DNA of 11,048 bases from assembly GCA_020184695.1 (NCBI GenBank), contig JAANOX010000125.1, positions 1 through 11,048 on the forward strand. Reading direction: 5' to 3'. Every line of letters begins with the position of its first letter. Within the stretch, counting starts at the first letter, position 1. The notes beneath the pieces were generated by a model. That model was not told the DNA's origin. It did not search any database and saw only the letters and a list, made by a program, of their open reading frames with translations. The position numbers were made by a program, and so were the translations under genes. The stretch comes from Histomonas meleagridis 2922-C6/04-290x (taxonomy: Eukaryota > Protista > Parabasalia). Of this stretch, positions 5,974 to 11,048 are shown piece by piece.

Positions 5974-7665
5974 ATGGAAGAACGTGAACCAAAAAAAGAA
6001 CCTAGCATCAATAAATCTCCATTAGATGAAGTACGACGATTAGCTCTACTTAATGATAAAGGACCTGAAAAACAGCCTTCTCTTTTTACGAATTTTTAAT
6101 GCAAAATTTAAAATTGATTTTTCGTAATCTGAAATTTGATTTATCATTAAATAATTTTTTAAAACTAATGGATGAAGCAACAAAATCTGTTAGAAATGGG
6201 GTTCCAATATCACCCACATATAGAATTCAATTTAAGTCTATGAAAGAATATTATCAAATCATTATTAATAGTTTTATTATAAATTTTAAAAAAAAAACCA
6301 AATTAATACAAATTTAGATTTTGATGAATTTAAGAAATTAATTAATGATATTATTAAAAAATATAATATAGATTATATTGATGGACATATAGGTTTATAT
6401 CCATTAAATGAATATTATAACTATTATAAATCTATTATTCTAAAATATACACCTTTAAGAAAATTACTTCATAAAATATTTGCAAAAGAAGTAGAAAATG
6501 ATTTTAAAAATGGGAAACCTAAAACTATACAAGAATTTATTAATTTCTTAATTACAAAATTAACTAACTCAAATATAACAGAAAATATTCCATTAGATTA
6601 TGCTTATTCATTATATCTTTTATATTATTTTTATCATTTTAGATATGTAACTCCAAATGATTCTTACAATATTTATGAAGATAAACAAAATATTAATACA
6701 GGTTTTAAAACTTTAAATAAAAATAAAAAAAAATTTAAAAAATTAAATATACCTTATAGTATTAATTACACAAATATAGGTAAAATAAAACCGAATATAA
6801 ATTATTTTTATTTCAAATTAAATAAAAAATATCAATTAAAATATATTGGAGGTAATGGAGAATATCAAATGGATTTATTTTTTTCACATAGTGATGAATT
6901 TAATTATGATTATTGTTATTTATTAGCTGTAGAAGTACAAACTAGATATTTATTTGGTACTTTTACTAATATTAAAATAAACGATAAACATTATAAAAAA
7001 TCAATCGAAAGTGTAGCTAAAGCTTTATTTGAACTTTATGGTACAGGTTTATTTAATCCTAAAATTATTCATTGTGATTCAGAAACAACATTTTTATCAA
7101 AACCTTTACAATATATTTCAAATCATTTAATTGGTACTAAAATAATTCCTGTTGAAAGAATAATAATTAAAAATAAATCTTATCCTATACATTCATCTTT
7201 AGCTATAATTAATAGAATTTGTAGAACTATTAGAGATATGGCTGATAATATGGGTTTAGAATATATTCAACCTCATGATATGAATAAAATTATACATAAT
7301 TATAATCATACTTATCATAAAACATTATCTAAATTAAATCATAAAAAAATATCACCATATGAAGCTAAAATAAAACAAAAATCTTTTGGTTTATCTCTAC
7401 ATAAATTAAATTATAATATTATGAAACAAAAAAAGGATTTTATTTACCTCCTGGTACAACAGTAACAGTTTATAATACAGATCAATTAAAAAAGAGATCA
7501 AAAATATTACCAGATATTTATATAGTAGATAATTACTAAAAAGGTAAATATAATACTCATAATGATAAAGGAATAAAAATGTCAGTACCAAGATATTTAT
7601 TAAATCCAGTTCCAAATGCAATTATTATACCTTCAAAAGAAAAAGATCCAATGATGTTTTATTAA
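5974..7665 (+). CDS. Retroviral-like (rve) integrase of Polinton-like type with a ~300-aa N-terminal extension; 3 frameshifts and 1 TAA as sequenced
   Basis: The frame is open from 6290 to 7465 and contains YQMDLFF, YLLAVEVQTRYLF, IHCDSE..F and HSSLAIINRICRTIRDM...YN...H. After a shift near 7430 comes an SH3-like tail (GTTVTVYN...KRSKILP...VPRYLL). The ATG at 5974 has an Inr at 5955. Confidence 0.85.
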
Positions 7666-8122
7666 TAAATAAATACTTTTTCTAAGGAAATATTAAATTC
7701 ATCCATTAATGTGTTATATTCTTTATTATATTGAGAATTAAAATCATACCCATTAATCTTAATTGAATTAACTTTTTTAATTGGATTTACATGTTTTAAA
7801 CATCCAGGTTCAGGATCTTCATAACTTAATCTAACTTGATTAAAATCAATTTCTAAAATTAAACTTATAGCTTGTACTAAATCATTAGCATTAATTATAA
7901 TTTTTACCACTATTATCAATTAAATTTGCTATTAATTTCATATTATTTGTTTTGTTCAATTTCTCTTGTAATTATTTTTGATGTTTCTTCATTAACTTCA
8001 GGATAATGTGCTGGTGTTTCACTATTGTTATTATTAATAATAACTTTACAATTAGCACTAGAACTATTATGTTCAGTATTATTCTTCCCTACATGGGGTG
8101 AGAAATCACTTATTTTAATCAT
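7662..8122 (-). CDS. Hypothetical viral protein, ~150 codons, 2 frameshifts
   Basis: The ATG at 8122 has an Inr TCATT 9 nt upstream. MIKISDFSPH... joins ...NDLVQAISLILEIDFNQVRLSYEDPEPGCLKHV...ISLEKVFIY*. Confidence 0.6.
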
Positions 8123-8181
8123 AAAAAAATAATGATTTTAAAAAAATTTTTTGTTTAATAACTTACGAATCTGCTAATCCA

Positions 8182-9248
8182 TTAGGTGTACCAATTATAC
8201 TTACTACATATTTTTTTAACTGCATCTAACATTATTTGTTCATGGTTAGGATCTTCTAACAAATCAGTAACAACTTTTTTACAAGCAGTTGAATAATAAC
8301 TTTCACCTGTCTCCAATTTATATTTTTTACCTGCTTCAATATTTGGAATATTACGTTTTTTTAATAGTTCTTCTACTTTAGGAATTACCATTAATTTGTA
8401 TAATGCAGCAGATAATTGAAGTATTGGACAATAACCCCTAATTCTTCCTTGATATTCACTATTACCTTCATATTTATCAACGAAAGTTTTATATGCATCT
8501 TTAACAAGTAAACTTGTAAATACTGCATTTGCTGACCTTCTTCTTGGAGTACTATGTAATTTATAAATATTCATAACACCAGTATCTCTATAATAGTTAT
8601 CATTAGCCCTTTTTCACTTTTTCCCTAAATTCATCATATTCAGGATTATATTGGACAGTTGGATCATCGAATGGTTTATCATATTTTACTGTTCTTACTT
8701 CACTATCTAGCCATTCATTGAAAGATTTAATCTTCTTTCCATCTGCTCTATGTTGTCTTCTTCTTTTTGTAGGATTACCATAATTATTTTGTAAATATTC
8801 CATATATGCTACTTGATAAGGATCTTGTTTTTTGACTGTCCATCCATTAACAAATTTAGCTCTTTTATGTTGATCTCTTATAATAATATCTGGAATTCCA
8901 TCTTCATTAATATCTTCTTGTTTTACTGACCAATGATATCTTGGATCTTTACCATCATTATGTTTGTTAACATATTCCAAAGCACCATTATATGTTTGTG
9001 CATCTCTAACTTTTCTAACATCTTTCTTTAAATCAAGAATTAGATGTGCTAAAAGCTTTTATATTCTCATCAATTAATGTTCCCTCAGAACCATGATATT
9101 TATAATGACTTAAATCATCATCAAAAATATATTTAGCATCACCATCTGTAACATATCTTTCACGTTCTTTTTTAATAATTGGTGGATATATACGTGTACC
9201 ATCTTTATTTCGTGGTCTACGTGTTCCATATATCACATCTTGTTGCAT
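8182..9248 (-). CDS. Hypothetical viral protein, ~355 codons, with a DxNxDGxxD motif; the track ORFs 9033-9248, 8603-8980 and 8182-8574 are one gene
   Basis: Single-base shifts near 9055 (…ENIK / LLAHLILDLKKDVRKVRDAQTYNGALEYV…) and near 8605 (…KVKK / ANDNYYRDTGVMNIYK…) give one continuous frame. There is only one Inr, before 9248. Confidence 0.7.
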
Positions 9249-9280
9249 TAAAAAAAAATGATTTTAAAAAAAAAATTTTT

Positions 9281-9940
9281 TTATTCAATTTTTATATTTT
9301 GATTATTAACATCAATAATCATTTTTTGATGACCAGTTAATTTTTGATAAACTGAATAAATTTGATCTTTAGTATAAGGTAATGGTATTTGTTCAATCAT
9401 ATATCTTAATTGTTGTTTAGAGAAATTAGGAAATATAAATATAGTACTTACATTAGCTTTAACTTCAGCAGGTAAAGATTTCCAAAATTGAACAGCGAAA
9501 AATACAGAACATTGAATATGAGCTAATTTAGTAAATAATTGATTAAAATAATTAGTAGGTTTTTTAAATAAAGGACTATTAGCACAATCTTCAAAAAAAT
9601 ATTATAGTATGTAAAGTTAAATTATTAAAATTATTAATATATAATTTTTCAAATAATTCAGTTATTTGATTATCTACTATTTTAATTTTTCCCAATGATT
9701 ATTTTTTTAATTTCATTATAAAAATTGTTTCCATTTTTAATTATTTTTAATAATTTCTCTATTTATACATTTATTTTTCCCACTTCTTTGTCTACCTACT
9801 GCTATATTTAAAGAATTATAAGGTACATTCACTTCTGGATGAATTTCACTTATTAATTCTTCATTTAATTTAGGTTTATTTTTATATAAACAATAATCAA
9901 TCATATTATCTAATGCATCAATATTAATATCGTTTTCCAT
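9281..9940 (-). CDS. A32-like (FtsK/HerA superfamily) genome-packaging ATPase; frameshifted and possibly internally deleted
   Basis: Walker A AVGRQRSGK (~9776-9802), Walker B HTIIFFED (~9587-9613), then LAHIQCSVFFAVQFWKSLPAEVKANVSTIFIF with the conserved Q sensor. Ends TAAA at 9281. Confidence 0.85.
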
Positions 9941-9989
9941 AAATTAAAATAATTTCATAAAAAGCATTCTGTCACTTCATTATTTTTTA

Positions 9990-10378
9990 ATGGAAGCTCT
10001 TTATACATGCTTTGCACAAGAATTTAAAGATTGTGATTTTAGTGCAATTAATATTAAACCTTCCTTTTCTATAGTAAAAAAAATAAAAATGTAATAACAG
10101 TAACTGTAACTGTGTATAATAAATATCATAATTTACTTAGAAAACAAATTTATAAATTTATAGATGAAAAATATCATCCTACTATAAAGAATCCTTTACA
10201 AAATATAACGCCTGAACAATTGGATCAAGCTTATCAAATATCTAAAATGGAATTGTTAAATCAAATATTTAATAATGATTTAAATAAATATAATGCTTAC
10301 TTAGGTAAATTAAATGTATTGCAACAATATGCTAATACATTAATGCCACAAAACAATCAACCTCAAAATGATCAATAA
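9990..10378 (+). CDS. Hypothetical protein, ~129 codons, 1 frameshift in an A8 run at 10076-10083
   Basis: Inr-like TCACTTCATT at 9972. MEALYTCFAQEFKDCDFSAINIKPSFSIVKK joins NKNVITVTVTVYNKYHNLLRKQ...NDQ* if one A is added; ends TAAA. Confidence 0.65.
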
Positions 10379-10494
10379 ATAAAAACATCTAATTATTTAG
10401 TATATGTAAACTATTTAAACAAATGTATTTGTTGGTTACTGTAAATAAACTAAATAAAAAAAGTTTACTGAATTATAAACTTTTTGAAAAATAT

Positions 10495-10526
10495 TTTTAT
10501 CACAATACAATTATGTTGTGATAAAA
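10495..10526. other. 11-bp stem hairpin TTTTATCACAA/TTGTGATAAAA in the non-coding region right of the cassette
   Basis: Perfect 11-bp inverted repeat with a 10-nt loop. Confidence 0.6.
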
Positions 10527-10652
10527 TGACGAAAAAAATGACTTGTCAAATGACACAAAGTCCTAACCTATTTTTCTCAATATTTGAAAGGGTGTTTCGT
10601 TTCAAAACAATAAAAAAATAAAAAAAAGATTAATTGAGAAACAAAATTTTGC

Positions 10653-10912
10653 ATGACTACACTTTCAGGAATGGAACAAGAGTACGCAGTCGATCATATC
10701 TCTGATCCCGAGCTCAAAGATGGGGCGGTCCCCTTCCTCGTGCACTCGCGCCCAGGAGAAGCAACTCGTGAGCCTCTTAAAAAAACCTAGTCCCTGGCTG
10801 CCTTGAAAGTTTACTTAATTGGAGTCAATGCTACAGGCGCATCTTGAAGCCGGAATACCTAGAGCAGTTCGATAGAGCACTTGACTTGGCGATCCCTCAT
10901 CCGTATCAATAA
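10653..10912 (+). CDS. Chromodomain-like small protein, ~85 codons, 1 frameshift in an A7 run at 10779-10785; not in the ORF track
   Basis: MTTLSGMEQEYAVDHISDPELKDGAVPFLVHSRPGEATREPLK/NLVPGCLESLLNW...YQ* follows the chromo pattern EY.V..I.D.....G...FLV......TWEP..NL. It is much more GC-rich than the cassette (34/60 GC at 10681-10740). Confidence 0.55.
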
Positions 10913-11048
10913 ACAATCAATTCTAATTTTTTTAATCTTAAAATCTGAGATCTAGTTTTAAGATAATTGTTATTTAATAACCCTCTGGTGTACCATTAGT
11001 ATGGTATTTCAGACCATTTTGTAAGTCTAATGTGAAAATAAGTATCGC

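Larger units (their letters stand above)
3100..10400. mobile_element. Endogenous Polinton/Maverick-like dsDNA virus cassette; right boundary not identified
   Basis: An rve integrase, an A32-like packaging ATPase, a penton-like protein and a fibre gene co-occur with very short intergenic spacers and uniform strong AT bias, downstream of a candidate terminal repeat. Confidence 0.8.

Noticed and set aside
7406-7621. 71-aa minus-strand L/Y/I-rich ORF
   Set aside because: It is the antisense shadow of the integrase C-terminus.
10380-10650. Right terminal inverted repeat of the cassette
   Set aside because: There is only weak AT-rich similarity to the left arm (AAAATGACG, GACACAAA) and no inverted match to either terminus family; no target-site duplication can be assigned.
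3589-10912. Reassigned genetic code (TAA/TAG = Gln)
   Set aside because: Every gene ends at TAA where its domain ends, Gln is encoded by CAA, and internal TAAs are rare.

Overview
Very AT-rich eukaryotic DNA, probably from a parabasalid (trichomonad-like) protist. The host call is inferred from TCAYT initiator motifs just upstream of start codons and from stop codons embedded in TAAA. From about 3100 to 10400 lies an endogenous Polinton/Maverick-like virus cassette of seven tightly packed genes: a putative penton-like minor capsid protein, a ~660-codon phage-type tail fibre with HxH repeats, an rve-family integrase with a long N-terminal extension, two hypothetical proteins, an A32-like packaging ATPase and one more hypothetical. 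A more GC-rich chromodomain-like gene follows at 10653-10912. Most genes are broken by +/-1 indels in homopolymer runs, so the ORF track shows only pieces; I rejoined them by hand. No protein-primed PolB, major capsid or protease gene is visible in the window. The left 3.1 kb is a nest of probable element ends. It holds two inverted copies of a terminus carrying a 77-nt perfect hairpin whose loop is in flip/flop orientation and whose stem shows compensatory changes. It also holds three (CA)n-hairpin units with covarying stems, modular 87-nt and ~185-nt repeats, a ~95% identical fragment of the fibre gene and decayed host-like coding fragments.
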